Origin: Eledone cirrhosa | Lineage: Eukaryota | Length of the DNA: 64,000 nucleotides | Assembly (NCBI GenBank): GCA_964016885.1 | Contig: OZ024743.1 | Location: 930,001 to 994,000, forward strand | Direction: 5' to 3' | Shown: one piece after another, positions 25,593-40,300 of the stretch | Position numbering within the stretch: the first letter of the stretch is position 1 | How the letters are laid out: every line of letters begins with the position of its first letter | Made by a program: the position numbers and the translations under genes | Notes under the pieces: model-generated | The model's database searches: none | What the model was told of the DNA's origin: nothing | What the model saw: the letters and a program-made list of their open reading frames with translations, nothing else

Positions 25593-26266
25593 GAAAAGTA
25601 TAGAAATTATTGTGAGCAAGAAGCCAACAGTATTTCATAATATATAAGTGACTATAACGTCACAATGGAAAAATAGTTAACGTAAGATGTGGGAAAATAA
25701 TTCAAACTCAATTCAGAAAGAATCAGGACATAGATTCATCCACAGAATTTAGTGAAATCCAGGGAAAAATCAATAGAGCCATAACTCAGTATAAAATAAA
25801 GTTTAAAATACTCATCCTTCAATTTCGAAAAACTACAAATGCTTTGTATAGTCTTAAAACAGACTATTTAACGAAACTTTCAGTGGGGATGGTCACGGTT
25901 GGATTTGATCATCAGCAGAGCTCAACACAATAACCAAAATCTCACTGATTATAATATGCCATACTATAAATCGAAACTATATATATATACTATAAAGTAT
26001 GTCCATAGAATCATTTGATAAATATATACACCATTTCCTCTCCCAATTAGCATAATCAACCACACAAACAACCAATTAAACCAGGCTATAAAATTAAAAG
26101 GCACCTATGAAGAACTAGTAGATAAATAAACGACAGCAATCTATTCGCGATCAACCGCTATAGAATATTTACCCAACATTTCAATAGCACGTGGAAATCG
26201 ATTAAATATACCGTCAACCATACACAATTAGGTATAAAATTAATTATATATATATATATATTTATA

Positions 26267-26367
26267 TATAAAGAAAAAGAGATGAAATCGAAAATGCAAC
26301 TGGAGTCTTATTTAAAAAAAAAATAAGACTCCAGTTGCATTTTCGATTTCATCTCTTTTTCTTTATA
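26267..26367. repeat. Perfect inverted repeat (~45-bp arms, A-rich centre)
   Basis: TATAAAGAAAAAGAGATGAAATCGAAAATGCAACTGGAGTCTTATT followed by its reverse complement. Confidence 0.92.
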
Positions 26368-26437
26368 CTTTCACTCGTGTAGGACACCTCGGTTATTTTT
26401 CATTTTGTAAAAAAAACCTCACTTTCTAATATTCTAA

Positions 26438-26497
<60 letters not shown>

Positions 26498-26767
26498 ATA
26501 AAATGGGGAGAAAAATACTGCTGGTAGCACATGGATAACATGTAATAAAATAAGTCCCTCATCAGTGATTTGCCGACGATCATAGATATTTCATTGCATT
26601 AAAAATCATATACCTCACGTCGGTGCAATAATAACTAAATTAAGTTATTAGGACAATTAAAACTCGTAAAGCGAGTGAGACAGGAAAACAACAAAGAGTA
26701 GAGCTAACCGTAGAGGAAGGAAACAAGCTTCATAGTTATTCTGTTAGCGTAAGCTAGGTGAATATAT

Positions 26768-26871
<104 letters not shown>

Positions 26872-26890
26872 TGTATGTGTGAATGTATGC

Positions 26891-26935
<45 letters not shown>

Positions 26936-27357
26936 TAGATGATAGATATACATATACTTACACTTAGGCATATATTATACACACATACATATATATAGTG
27001 TTTTAGTATAACGATCAGTTACTCTTGGTTCACCACTTTACGCATTCAATGCCAATATGGGTCTGGTGCCGATCTGGTCTTGTACGTTTAGTATTTCACC
27101 ATAGTTGGTATGTTTAAGAAGCAGAGTGTTAATAATATTGATTATGAAGAGCAAGAACAACATATCAATATAACAACATTATGTTTATTCACATGTGACG
27201 CGCGTTTCGCGATCGATCAGCTGAAAGTACGATCGGTAGTATCGAGCCCGACTCTGGAAATGAGAGCTCATCAGACATGTTCGAATCTACAATTCTGATG
27301 TACTATGAATAAATATAATGGCGTTATATTTATATTTCGCTCCCACTCCCTATTATT

Positions 27358-27540
27358 GGTGAATTGGCAGTATCGGTAGAGGGTCAGACATGCTTTCCAG
27401 CATAGTTACGTCCCTTTACAATCTGAGTTCAAATCCTGCCGAGGTTAACTTTGTCTTTCATCCTTACGGAATCGATAAAATAAAGTACCAGTAATGTACT
27501 GGGTAATTGCTGGCCTTGTGCCAAAAGTAGAAACAATTAT
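27358..27540 (+). mobile_element. tRNA-derived SINE with a Nin/Deu-like central domain
   Basis: A box TGGCAGTATCGG, B box GAGTTCAAATCC, core CTTTCATCCTTACGGRRTCGATAAAATAAAGTACC. Many copies in the window. Confidence 0.85.
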
Positions 27541-27544
27541 ATAT

Positions 27545-27745
27545 ATAAGCAAAGGGATATTTAATTTAACTGACTATCCAGGTAAAACTTGAACCGTGAA
27601 GGTCGCGTTCCTGGATATGTCAATATTTTAAAGACAAACTTTGTATTTTATCTGATGAGAGCGCACCAAAGTTTTGGTACCCTTGAAATATATATAATAG
27701 AATAAATATGGTTTTATAAATATAGTTTCCATTTATTAATATCAT

Positions 27746-27748
<3 letters not shown>
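27545..27748 (+). mobile_element. PLE terminal fragment with a hammerhead (27644-27704)
   Basis: TATTTTAT-CTGATGA-..CACCAAA/TTTGGT..-GAAA-TATATA-TA-ATAGAATA; homologous to 56100-56284. Confidence 0.72.
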
Positions 27749-27829
<81 letters not shown>

Positions 27830-28882
27830 CACTGTGCATTTACTCTCTGTCTGTGTTTCTCTTTCTCTCTTTTCTCATTATATTGCTGTGTCTACCTCTG
27901 TCTCAACATGCCTGTCTGTTGTTCTGTTACTATATTCTGTCAGTATATCAGTCTGCTTATCTCTATCCCTGTCCTTCTCGCTCCTGATATATTGCTCTTT
28001 ATCTTGCCGTTGTGGTCTCTCGTAATAATACTGTCGACCTGATAACATCCAATCAGCAGTCTTGCCTCCTTACACACTGACACGTCGTTACACCTGCCAA
28101 TCCCCAACCCCATGTAATGCACACCTCGTACCCACCCCTACTGCACTACAAGCAGTCCTCCATTCTCAGCGAAAAGATTCGCATCTTTTACTCTCATCAT
28201 TAATATTCCCTTTTGATTTGTTTGTTTTATATTCTTTTAACATTATGAAAATAACGATCATGGTTACCACTGACAGTTCGGATGAGGTCAGCTCTGATGG
28301 AGAAGAGTTACAATCAAATGCATTCTAGATGTTACCATTTTGTCATTTACCTTATATATAGGTAACCCAGGACCTTATTATATAAGTTGTCCCTCTTTTA
28401 AGAGAGTAGAGCTTTATTTGAAAGGCATTGTTCTGCAATTTCTTGTAGATCGAGCGATTACGAGTAAATTCCCGTTGCTCCACCCGATAGAAATAGAATT
28501 ATCACCCTTCAAATCACCTCATTATCTAAAAAATAAAGAACATATTGGATATAACAGTGTCTAAAAATAAGATGAGATAGTTACGTGTGAATGCCTTTAA
28601 TCATGGTTCCGTTCAATTTGTGATGACCTTGACTTAAACGACAACAACGACGACGATGATGACAAAAATTCATGTTGATCTTATTTAAAATGCATTTATA
28701 ATATCCCATTTAAAAACCGAAAAAAAGAAAAAAAAGGAGAAAATAAAAAAGGGTGAGAAATGGGAAATGTGTCTTCGCAGAAAGCCATATCTCAGTTGGT
28801 GCTAAGGCTCAGATGACAAAAGTATTGTTGTAGAGGACAGATAACGATACCCGATGCATCAGCCATTCCATCTTGCAGAGAT

Positions 28883-29080
28883 TCTTCTTCTTCTTCTTCT
28901 TCTTCTTCTTCTTCTTCTTCTTCCTGAGAGGGTCGTGGGAGCAGAGTCCTCAAAGACTCCTTCCAGCGGGTCCTGTCAGAAGCAACCGTCTCCAAGCGAG
29001 ACCAGTTAAGCTCATGGATGCTATCCAACCATCATGCACGGGGTCTATCCCTGGGTTTTCTACCGGCTGGTTTTACCCGT
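28883..29080 (-). mobile_element. 3' end of an RTE-like LINE with a (GAA)n tail
   Basis: Peptide WSRLETVASDRTRWK resembles the RTE C-terminal 'A.DR..W' motif and is followed by (GAA)n. Confidence 0.6.
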
Positions 29081-29631
29081 AAAAGATATTTTTGTAGTTT
29101 GTAAAGAGTCATATTTTATTTTATAGATATGACAATGCAATGAATGACAGAAGCCATAAGAGGGTTAATTCTCAGCGACTGAAAACTTATTCTTCCTGTG
29201 TTTAAATCTTCTTGTTAATGAGATTTATTTATTTTTCTCAGTTGTCCCATGAATTCAGTATCAACAGTTTAGTAAGGACTAGCCAATTCCAAATACATTT
29301 ATTCTGTGTCCTAAGAGTTAGTGAGGGATTCTCTGAGCGGTTTGTCGACCTTCAATAAACAGTTCACTCAAATCCCATGTTACAATCATATTAAGAAATG
29401 GAAGTGACTAAACTTTCTCAGTTTCAGGAGATCAGCGATTCTTTGCTTAAACTTTGATTTGCACATATAATTAATGTATACACATATACATATCATCTAG
29501 TACTAGATGCACAAATTAACTAGAAGGTCGTGTTTAGAATGCGTTTGATAAAATAGATGTACAACCTTAAAAAGGAGTCATTACTTTAACAATGGCACAT
29601 TTCATGTTGTGTTTGAGGAGGAGGAGGAGCT

Positions 29632-29685
<54 letters not shown>

Positions 29686-30274
29686 TGAGGAGGAGGAAAT
29701 TCTAAGCGAACTGAAAATCCAGTTTCGAGAAGCCATTCAGCAATTACGAAAAATAAATCGAAAATAAAGTTAAGTAAAGCATGAACGTCACAATTGAGAG
29801 TAACTTATACATCTGAAATACGTATTACAATGTAAGGAACCATTATTTATTATTGCGATAAATAGTAAGAATACAGTGGAATGGAAGGTATAAAATTAAC
29901 AAAACATTAAAAAAAAGCAACTACGAAAGACTTCGTAGTTTTGTGACGAGCATATTATCAGCTTGGTGTCCAATTGCAAGCAAATGTGTTTCCCAGAAAC
30001 CTACCAACGATAATGAATGAGTCAGTGATAAAATCTGTGAGGGTGCTAGCAGCAACAGCAGCAGTAGCAGCAAATGTAACAGGAAAAGCACAAAAGGAAC
30101 ATAAATGACAGAAAGCTGAGTAAATGATAGGTTATCTTGTGTCTCATTGAAAGAGATGGTGTAAAATCTACATAAATATGTATCGCATATATTTATGCTG
30201 ACACAAACACACACACACACACACATACACACAAACACACACACATATAAATACATACACACACTCACACACTC

Positions 30275-30307
<33 letters not shown>

Positions 30308-30655
30308 TTAAGAGGTGCGCTAGCAGACGAAGTGTACGATGAAGTTACTTATTTAGACATTCAGAATGGTTAACTCTGACTGAACCAATATATATGTGCG
30401 TGTGTGTGCATGTATTTAATATGAAAACCTGCCACTAAAAGACATGAAATGGACTTACAATTCTGCATATTAATAGCGCCCGTGTTGATAGTTAATTAAG
30501 ATATATACAGTAAGTTTGCTCACAGCCAGAGTGTAAGATAAAATTATATATATGTATACATACAGAATTGGTAACAGAAGGAACCAATGAATAAATGTAT
30601 GTATATATATGTGTGTGTATGTGTGTGTGTGTATGTGTGTATGTGTACATATATA

Positions 30656-30733
30656 CAAGATGTCCCCCAAAATATATACACACTTCAACAACATTCTAAT
30701 AAATATGTTAATACATTTTTGGGGTACACTCTG
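30656..30733. mobile_element. Tiny Tc1/mariner-type MITE
   Basis: TA-CAAGATGTCCCCCAAAA ... TTTTTGGGGTACACTCTG-TA, imperfect TIRs with TA flanks. Confidence 0.55.
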
Positions 30734-32091
30734 TATATGTATATATACTCATTGATGCAGTCACGGTTACCCACTCTGTATATATACAGCTATAGCTTTA
30801 ACCTACATTTCAGCAAATACCGCACTCCTTAATATGCATCTTGTTTAACTACCAATACGAACGCTTATTTTATGCATATTAGTACTACTACTTTAGAATA
30901 TTACTATGAGCGAACTAGGATTAACGTAGGGTTAAGTATAAACAACAGCTTACAAAGTTTAAATGTGACGCAGATCTATTTTTTATACTCTGGGGCAGAA
31001 GAAATATGTGCCAGTCTTCAAAGTACGTGCTTGTTTCATTGTAACTAACTATAACATGCGTTCAATCAACTAGAAGTAGTATATAAGTATAATTATTTCT
31101 AATTTGGTCACAAGGGTAATAATTTGTGGGGAGGCGAATGTCGTCTATATCACTCCCCATCCCCTACAAAATTGGTAAACGTCGGAAGGTTGAAAATCAA
31201 AGTTGAGTGCAGTGAAATTTGAACTTAGACCTTAATGAGTCGTAACCAAATGTAATGAATCCTTTTGTCTGGTGTTCTAATAATTCTGCCAACACATTAC
31301 ACCACAAAAAAGTACGACAAATATATTCATATATAGAATTAATCATGTTCCTATGTTGTGTTACACTAATTACCCTTATCTGAATCTTTTCACTGATAAC
31401 ATTTTTTTATATATTTCTATTTGTGGGAACATTCATTGTTTTTATCATTAATTCATACCAGAAAATCTAAGGGATTTAGATAACACCAGGATTTACTCTA
31501 CCTAGGGTGTACGAATCAAACAGGGAGTTGGTGATTGGAATTCTAGTTATAGCAGACAAACCACACACTATCGTCTTATATCAGGTTGCATTGCATAATA
31601 TAGACCGGAATATATTACTTATATATAAAAGTTACAACGGTAATGGCTTGTATGATAATGCGGTTGGTGAGACAATCAGCCATCTTTGACAGCAGCTTGT
31701 TCTCAAATGATTTAGTCAAGTTCATTATATTGCAGGTATGCAAATGTAAGAGACCTGTTCACACAAGTTTTTCTTGCAGACATTAACTTGCAGATGGTAA
31801 GTTGATGAGGACCGTTCACATTAATAGTGTTATGATAGCATGAAAACATCTAAAAATAAAAAGGACTTCACCCCTTATCTTTTCGCTAACTTAAGAAAAA
31901 AGAAATTTGCTTATTGCATGATGGTGTTCACACATATGCTTAAATAAACACATGTACGGGCATGGATACATACATAAATAAATACATACATACACACATA
32001 CATATATACCTACCTACGTACATACCGACATATATACCTACATATATGCATATATATGTACATATATATGTATATATATGTATATATATAT

Positions 32092-33400
32092 AATCAGGAA
32101 GCACATGTCAACAGATTAGAATTTACTTCATTTATTTATAATCGCTACTATATATATTTCGGTGATAAATGTTAAGCAACCGTTATGATCTCACCAGACA
32201 CCTAGAAGTTGAACAGAAAAAACAGAAAAACATGAAGAAGAAATAAAATTTCCTCCTGTCGTTTCGATTCATTAATATGTCCCCAGCTGATATTTGGTGT
32301 TGCTTTCTCAAAGCAACGGTGACATATGACTTAGAATAAATTGCTTCCCAGTATCACCAAAAAGGATATAGAAGGCCACCCTCTATTGGTCAGAGTTAGT
32401 TCCATCACAATAGCATCAAGCCATTGTGAATTCCTTAGTGGTTCCATAGTATGAGATTTACCTTCTACTTCAATCCAAATATGACATTTATAATTTTGTA
32501 TTGTCTTATCAAGTGCGTGTGAGCCTTTCTCTCGCTGTTATTATTAGTGACAGTAGTGATAATATAATATAATAAACTGTATGTAGGATAATATACATTA
32601 GTCAAGAATTAGTGTTGATGTGTATGAATGATAAAATAGAATAAATTAGAATAAAGTAGAGTAAAGTAAAAGGTTGGAGATAGATGACCATTAAATAAAC
32701 AAGGAATACAGTACAGAAGTAGAAACAAATAACAGAAAAGGAACATAAAAGACGAAAAAAAAGACAGAAGAAGAACGAGAAGGTGGGATGTGTGAAAAGT
32801 ACCAAGGTTAGACTATGCCAACGCCTACTATGTATCAGAAAATTTATACTCGTACAGAGATAAGGAATATGCAAAGAAACATATAATAATTATATATGCA
32901 AGGAGGAAATGAGGGATTCCGAAGAAAAAAAGTAGTGAGGACAGGTGTCTGTCCTACCGCAAAGTTAGGGTGGCCCTTGGGTGTATTCACAGATTAATAG
33001 AGACAAAATGAGATAGAAAGAGGAGGCGAGAGTGGTTCATGTGGAATCCCAGGAGGCAGGGTTACTCACCATATAGCCTGAGGAAAGTATTCATTCTTAG
33101 GTGTAGACAAGCACCTAAGAAATCGCACTTTCTATTGAGTACTTCTATATCCCCTCTAAGGGTCTCACTCAGACATAGGCTACAAATACCTGAGCTGACT
33201 CCGTCTGGGAGTACCTGCCTGACCTTGGACCAAACCAAAGAGTATCGGGTCCTGACCAACTTAAGCTTCCAGATCAGTTCGGAAAGGGCAGAACTGCATA
33301 CCTTTCTGCCAATGTGTTAAAACTGTTGATTGTTCCTCAAAGACAATGTTGAACAAACAGGTGTCGATGATTGGTCACCGGCATGACACAGCTTCTAATC
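32092..33400 (-). mobile_element. 5'-truncated Naiad-like PLE (endonuclease C-terminus and 3' region)
   Basis: ORF 33062-33259 has W...CSLCLSE...LNRK...ACLH, matching the C-terminus of the 22-kb ORF. Degenerate hammerhead (CTGGTGA...GAAA) at ~32145-32200. Boundaries are approximate. Confidence 0.65.
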
Positions 33401-33488
33401 GGGCTCGTTTGTTTACAAACTAATCGAACATTATTATTAATGTTCGATACAACCTATACGTACATATGTGTATGTATATATGTGTGTA

Positions 33489-33546
<58 letters not shown>

Positions 33547-33553
33547 TATGTAA

Positions 33554-34318
<765 letters not shown>

Positions 34319-34839
34319 TTATTGTTCTACGTGATCTGTGTAAGATTTGCAATCCAATGTTTTACAGTCGTTTCAGCGTGATGAATTATTCAAGTGCAAA
34401 TCTATCGATTGTTCTGCACATCAGAAGTTTTGCTCTTTAGAATGATATATTTTTTCATTCTTTAACACTATACACATGGTCGCATCAATTATACTCAAAT
34501 ATATGTTGGTATATGTATCAGTGTGATTGTGTATGTGTGTGTGAGTGAGAAAGTGTGTATGTATGGTGTTAGTGAAGGACTGAATGTTCATTTTGATCTG
34601 ATCATCATATAAGAACCGATCATGCTGTTTTCTATAAGGTTGCCTATCTTGCGGATGGTGTCTATAATGCTACTGCTACTTTTGATGCTGCTGCTGATAA
34701 TAATGTTTGATGAGACTAACGCATTAGTCATGGCTTTCTTACAATATTGCCTATGTACTTAGCTTGAATCGTAACAGGAAAGCAAATGTCAATTTGTGGC
34801 ATTATAAACATGAGCAACAATACCAAAATAACAAGCTTT

Positions 34840-34900
<61 letters not shown>

Positions 34901-34971
34901 CAGTAGCAGTAATAACATTAATAGCGGCAGCAGCAGCAGTAGTAGTAGTAGTTGTAGTAGTAGTAATAGTC

Positions 34972-35035
<64 letters not shown>

Positions 35036-35040
35036 CAGCA
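34840..35040. repeat. (TAG)n/(CAG)n trinucleotide microsatellite
   Basis: Direct sequence; it generates spurious poly-S/V/Y ORFs. Confidence 0.95.
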
Positions 35041-35312
35041 GAGCAGCAGAAACTGCAGTAGCACTAGCAGTAGCGGTTGTGTGGGTGGTGGTGGTGGTGG
35101 TGGTGGTTCTGGTTTTGGTTGTGGTGGTAATGGGATTAGTAGTTGTTTAAATAATAATACTAATAAAAATGAAAACAATTACAAGAATAACATCTACCAA
35201 CGCCCGTTGATTCAGAGGCAACATCAACGCCCTTTGTTCCGTTTAATCGCTCCCTAAAGTTCTGAAACTCTTAATGATATCTAAACACAGCGATCACGTC
35301 TGTAAAACAGCA

Positions 35313-35346
<34 letters not shown>

Positions 35347-36179
35347 GTATGATGATGGTGAAGGCGACGACAATTACTAAGATAATGATGATGCTCATGA
35401 TAATGGGTGTGTAACTATTTTCCTCTGGAAATGATTAATTTATTTGAATGATAGATAAAGATTCTTATGTGCATATGTATCCCCCCTCCCAGATATATTG
35501 TATATATATATATATGTAGTGTACTTGTGTATGTATGTATACCATGTATATATGTATGTCAGGTCACTCTTCAGAGCTACTTGTAACATGTAAACCAGTA
35601 CAACCTGGGCATGGTCGGATCGTCGGCGACTAAACCGGCAACCCCACCAAGCTTGTTTGGTGAGGAGGGTAATTTTGGACAATTTTGGGATGAAAAACAA
35701 GACCCGTCAGAGGAACTCAGGAATAATAAATCCAATAAATCCAAATTGTTTGTGTGGATCGATAGACTCTAGGAGGAGGTCAGTCTGATGTAAAATCTGC
35801 GACATCGTTTACATCCAATGATGTAGACCAGTTTCTCTTTTTGTGTAAATACATTCAATGTTCTGAGAAAGGGATTGACCCCGTGCAAAAAAAGCTTCAA
35901 GTACATTCCTTGATATGTGAAATATTTTTGTGATGCATGGTTTTGCTGAACATAGCTGACTAACACGCCACGTCCGTGATGCTCATGCTTAAGTATTAAG
36001 CGATGGAATTACTCGAAATTGAGTTGCAGCAATCAAGATGTACGTATGCATGTATACGGTAAGAGTTTAACCCTAGGACAGAAAATCACTAGAGTACCCA
36101 GACTTTCTAAGTATAGTGTTCTAAGATGAACAATGGTCTTATTGGTTTTAATTAGTAACATCATAAAAATATATGTATA

Positions 36180-36211
<32 letters not shown>

Positions 36212-36213
<2 letters not shown>

Positions 36214-36552
36214 CGAAGGAAATGTGGTAAGGAACCAGGTGGACCATAACGCACCAAAGTACTCAATACTTAGGGTAGTAGAGTGGGTAATAGGAACGAG
36301 TAGGACCCCGACGGCTGAGCTCAAGCCGTTTCGACGGCTAATTCTGGACTCAATTAGCCGTCGAAACGGCTTGAGTTCAGCCGTTGGGGTCCTACTCGTT
36401 CCTATATATGTATATATTAAGTTGTTAAACAATATTCAATGATTATGTCATTATATTTTGTCTGATGAGGACGTACTGTTGTACATCCGAAATATGTATA
36501 ATAAAATGTAATTGATCAAAAGAACATCTATTTTATTAATACTTATATTTTA
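36212..36552 (+). mobile_element. Non-autonomous PLE fragment: terminal module, inverted repeat (36290-36404) and hammerhead (36455-36507)
   Basis: ~53-bp inverted arms with an 8-nt spacer. ATTTTGT-CTGATGA-GGACGTAC/GTACATCC-GAAA-TATGTA-TA-ATAAAAT is the same family as 20955-21015. Confidence 0.8.
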
Positions 36553-36893
36553 ATATATATATATATATATATATGCGCAGAGTACACATACACACATACA
36601 TATGTATTTATGTAGTCTCTATTAGCACCCTTGTCTGTATACAGATATAACTTTATCATATGTCGACTGCTTACAGCAGAGCTCAATATGTAACTTAATT
36701 ATCTACCAATACGAGCGTAAATAATATGCAAATTAGTACGTCTATTTCGAGAAATTACTGTAATTGATATCGTATATAAGACCCTCAATAATGATTCAAT
36801 GATGTTGTTTAGGTGATATACAGGCCATATTATGAAAACCCAATTAGGCTTGAAAACCGGTTAAAATGTTTATCATTTTTTCAATTTAAGGCA

Positions 36894-36946
36894 ACCCTTA
36901 ACGGGATCTTCTGAAACTCTGAGTTTCAGAAGATCCCGTTAAGGGT
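36894..36946. repeat. Perfect 26-bp-arm hairpin at the start of a small repeat whose inverted copy lies at 41465-41537
   Basis: ACCCTTAACGGGATCTTCTGAAACTC-T-GAGTTTCAGAAGATCCCGTTAAGGGT. Confidence 0.9.
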
Positions 36947-37396
36947 GAAAGCAACGATTCTTTGCTTAAACTTTAATCTGTTATTTTAATAAATATACAT
37001 ATATATTATATATATACAGAGGCCCTGATACCGATGCGGGACTATTAACACCGTGGGACTAATATCACCCAGTATATGTGTATATATACTAGCAGTTTAG
37101 CCCGGCGTTGGATCGGGTTTGTTCATTTGCTACGAAAAGTTACAAACAGGTAAACGTAGCTTGAAAGCGCATAAGCTTATCAATTAAGTGCATAAACCGA
37201 TTATTAATAGTTACGAACCAATTAGCATTTTGGACAATCAATGATGGGTTAATAATCTTCCAATAGCGAATTTAGTAGACGAAAGTTGCAAGATGGTGGC
37301 CCTGATGCCGCTGGGTGTCACATCTGTCCGCTATGGGTGACCCTACCAGTTTTCCAGACGTCAGAGCTCCAACACCTCCAACACCTTCACCAACAC

Positions 37397-40300
37397 CTAT
37401 AACACCTCTTTGTAGACGATATTGCGTGTCATCCCTTGAGGAGTGTAAGCAAAAAGTCCATTCCTGCTTCCTCCGCGGGAACAGGCAACATAAAGTTGGC
37501 CATGGGAGAAGCATGGCTCCCCCAAATGGATGCCCGCCACCGACAATGTTTGCCCTTGTGACTTGTTAATGGACATGACAAAACATGGCCGGAAATCGAA
37601 CGGGATATCTGACGCCGAGGGGAAAAGGTTCATCCTTGGAATGAAAACTATCTCCCCTCTCCCGCACCCCGTTACAATGGTGGCCTCAATCAAGTGGGGC
37701 GTCAGTGATTTGACGACCATGCGAGTACCGTTGCTCTGCTTTGGTGGACGCAAGTTCCTTATTAGCATAATGGGACAGCCAACCCTAAGCTTAAGAATGT
37801 GATGTGGGAGCCCTGAGGGCTCAAGGGAATTTAATAAATCAACCGGATAATTAACAATATCGTCGTGGTCTGACGTCCGGTCGATATATTTGAAGATGCG
37901 TTCTTTATGGGAATTTTCTCAATCAGCTGCTCGTTAATAAAATTAACCATGGTATTTTTCGGAACAAGTATGGCTCTTTCGCTGAGCCAATCGAGGTTTT
38001 TAAAGTTAGATGAGACATTAGGAAAAACTGCTTTCCAAAGGTCAGAAGTGCTGCTCACAATGTTGCACAGGGAGTCGATTGCTATGCCACCCTTGTCATC
38101 CGCAGGGAGGCTAAAATATTCTGAGCAAATGCTGCAGACATGTTGTCACCATGCAAATGAGCACGCATATTTGTGCTCAGGTACAAACTCTTCACCTGGA
38201 GCCACAACATGGACAACTTAAGACAGGAACGCACTTCATCAGCTCTTGTCCCTTTGGGGATGACAGGCAGAGTTTGCCGAAAATCCCCTGATAGCAGAAG
38301 GGTTACTCCACCCATAGGAGCCGTAGAATCCCTAATGTCTTTAAAGGACCTGTCCAATACCTCAAGGGCACCCTTGTGTGCCATTGTGCACTCATCCCAA
38401 ACAATGAGGCAACATTTTTTGAGAACCAGAGCTTCGTGTGAACTCTTGCTGATATTGCATGTTGGTATTGCATGTTGATGTCTCAGTTTTTACTAAATCC
38501 AAGGGGAGTTTAAAGGTTGAACGTGCTGTACTGCCTCCCGGCAGCAAAGTAGCAGCGATCCCGGACGATGCAACGGCCAACGCAATTTCTTTCTCCTGAA
38601 GAATCTTAGCGAGAATCAATTTCGTTACATAAGTTTTTCCGGTACCCCAAGGAGCATCGAGAAAGTAAATACCCCCAGTCTGATTTTGAACCACGTCAAT
38701 GATAGATAAATAGGCCAACCTTTGGTCCGACAGAAGTTTGGGCTCATTTTCCTCTAAGTATTGGGAAAGAGATTCGATGTCATATGCTGTTTCCCGCAAC
38801 AAATCTGGGGCCAACGTGTTAGCTTCCTCTCTGACGGTTGACGGCAAGCCATATGTCGCCAACTCACTCCCACCCATGTCGAGGAGGGCGTTCTCGATAT
38901 CAATGAGTGCCCTATTGTAGATAATGTCGCTGTAACCAACTTCCACTGAAGTATACTGCAGATGAGCCAGGCGCAGCAAGTCCTCAGACATGAGGTCTCT
39001 GTACTTGACCCATAAAGATTTGGGATCACCCAATTCACACTTTTGAAGCAAAATAGCAAAGAGTTCCCGTAGACCTTTAGGTGATTTCAACAAAGCACCC
39101 TCTGCTAAAGTGGAATCCCATTGCGAATCATCTTCCAAAAGACCACGCTTAAAGCAGGCTTCCCGGTACGTATCACATATTTCTCCATCAACAGTTTTGA
39201 TGTCATGAAAACTTTGTGGGCCTACAACTTCATGCAGAAGAAGGCGGAGATGAAAGCACTCATGCTGACTTGGGGGCACAGTGTAAACCCTTCCAAGACA
39301 GCTGTCAAATTTTACACCACGATGTCTTTCAGCAGCCTGACCTGACTTTCTTCGCACCCAAGTGTTTTTCGACCATATAAAGTAGGATGGAACCTGGGAA
39401 TACACAATTTTTTGCGCAAATGTATCTAACTGGGAAAGTTTGAAGAAACCCGTCTAAGTGGTCTCTTTCGGATCGGCGGCCAACTTGGCGGCGGTTTGGT
39501 CCGTAAAGTAAACCCTTTGCCCATTTTCCAAATGTACCGCAAGCTGTACGATGGAAGGGTGACGTTGGTGTAGGGGTAACCAAATAGGCGCCAAAAAGCT
39601 ACATTGCTACTGATGTACCGCCCCGCTAGGTATTCTGTGACCTCGTCCCTGCTATTTTTAGCTTGAAATGCCAATATTGCGGCATCAGAGCCCTTATTTA
39701 CATAGTTACATATGTATTTTATCGACTTGACGGAGTTGCAAAACTCAACGTTGATGTGGGCGTTGAACATCTTCAAGAGAAGTGGGCAGTAAGGGACCAC
39801 CCATCTATTGTCGACTTGACCTCCCCTTACTGTTGTGGTGAAACCACCGTTCTCGGGCCGTCTCCGCCTGTACAGGGGGTACCCGTCGCCACCAGTCTGA
39901 GTCTGGTCAACAAATTTTGGGGGGTATCCCTTACTGCACGACCCCCCCCCCCCCTTTCAGACACGTGTGATGCTTATTAGGACCCGACGCACGCGGACCA
40001 TGAATCATGTTACCTTTGATGATGTCATTTAATTCCTGGTCAGTTGCAGGGTTAGGGATTTCAGCCGAAATGAAGCTGTCTATGGCACTTGAATTGATTT
40101 TATCAGTTAACCAAATCAAAATGTGAGCATGTGGCAGCCCTCGATTTTTGCCATTAGACGGTGAACATGTCACATTTTACAGCCCCAAATACCTGACCCT
40201 TTTTGATTAAAGCCATGAGTTTAGCCAGTTTCAGTTTGAACACTCTGGCAATGAGGTCATGTCTGTTCGAATAATTTTGCCCAGGAAAAAGTTCACGGGT
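37397..40300 (-). pseudogene. Helitron RepHel fragments (HUH Rep plus PIF1-like helicase)
   Basis: RGLPHAHIL, VPYCPLL..FNAHINVE, KYICNYVNKG, FLDAPWGTGKT, SGDFRQTLPV, INKSQGQT and FSHGQLYVACSR, with many frameshifts. Confidence 0.93.

Noticed and set aside
26555-26605. Permuted (type II-like) hammerhead GAAA..TA-TGAT..ATCA-CTGATGA on the minus strand, also at ~43155-43195
   Set aside because: Stem II cannot pair, and the second copy lacks the UH cleavage site.
31690-31801. Possible small host exon(s) (TTTTCTTGCAG...GTAAG)
   Set aside because: Isolated splice-like motifs with no recognisable coding sequence cannot be supported without transcripts.
34764-35178. Low-complexity ORFs (poly-S/V/Y; also the many YIYI, CVCV and HTHT ORFs across the window)
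   Set aside because: These are translations of microsatellites.
36922-36962. Hammerhead-like CAGAAGA-TCCC..GGGT-GAAA
   Set aside because: The core deviates (CAGA instead of CTGA, no UH) in both copies.
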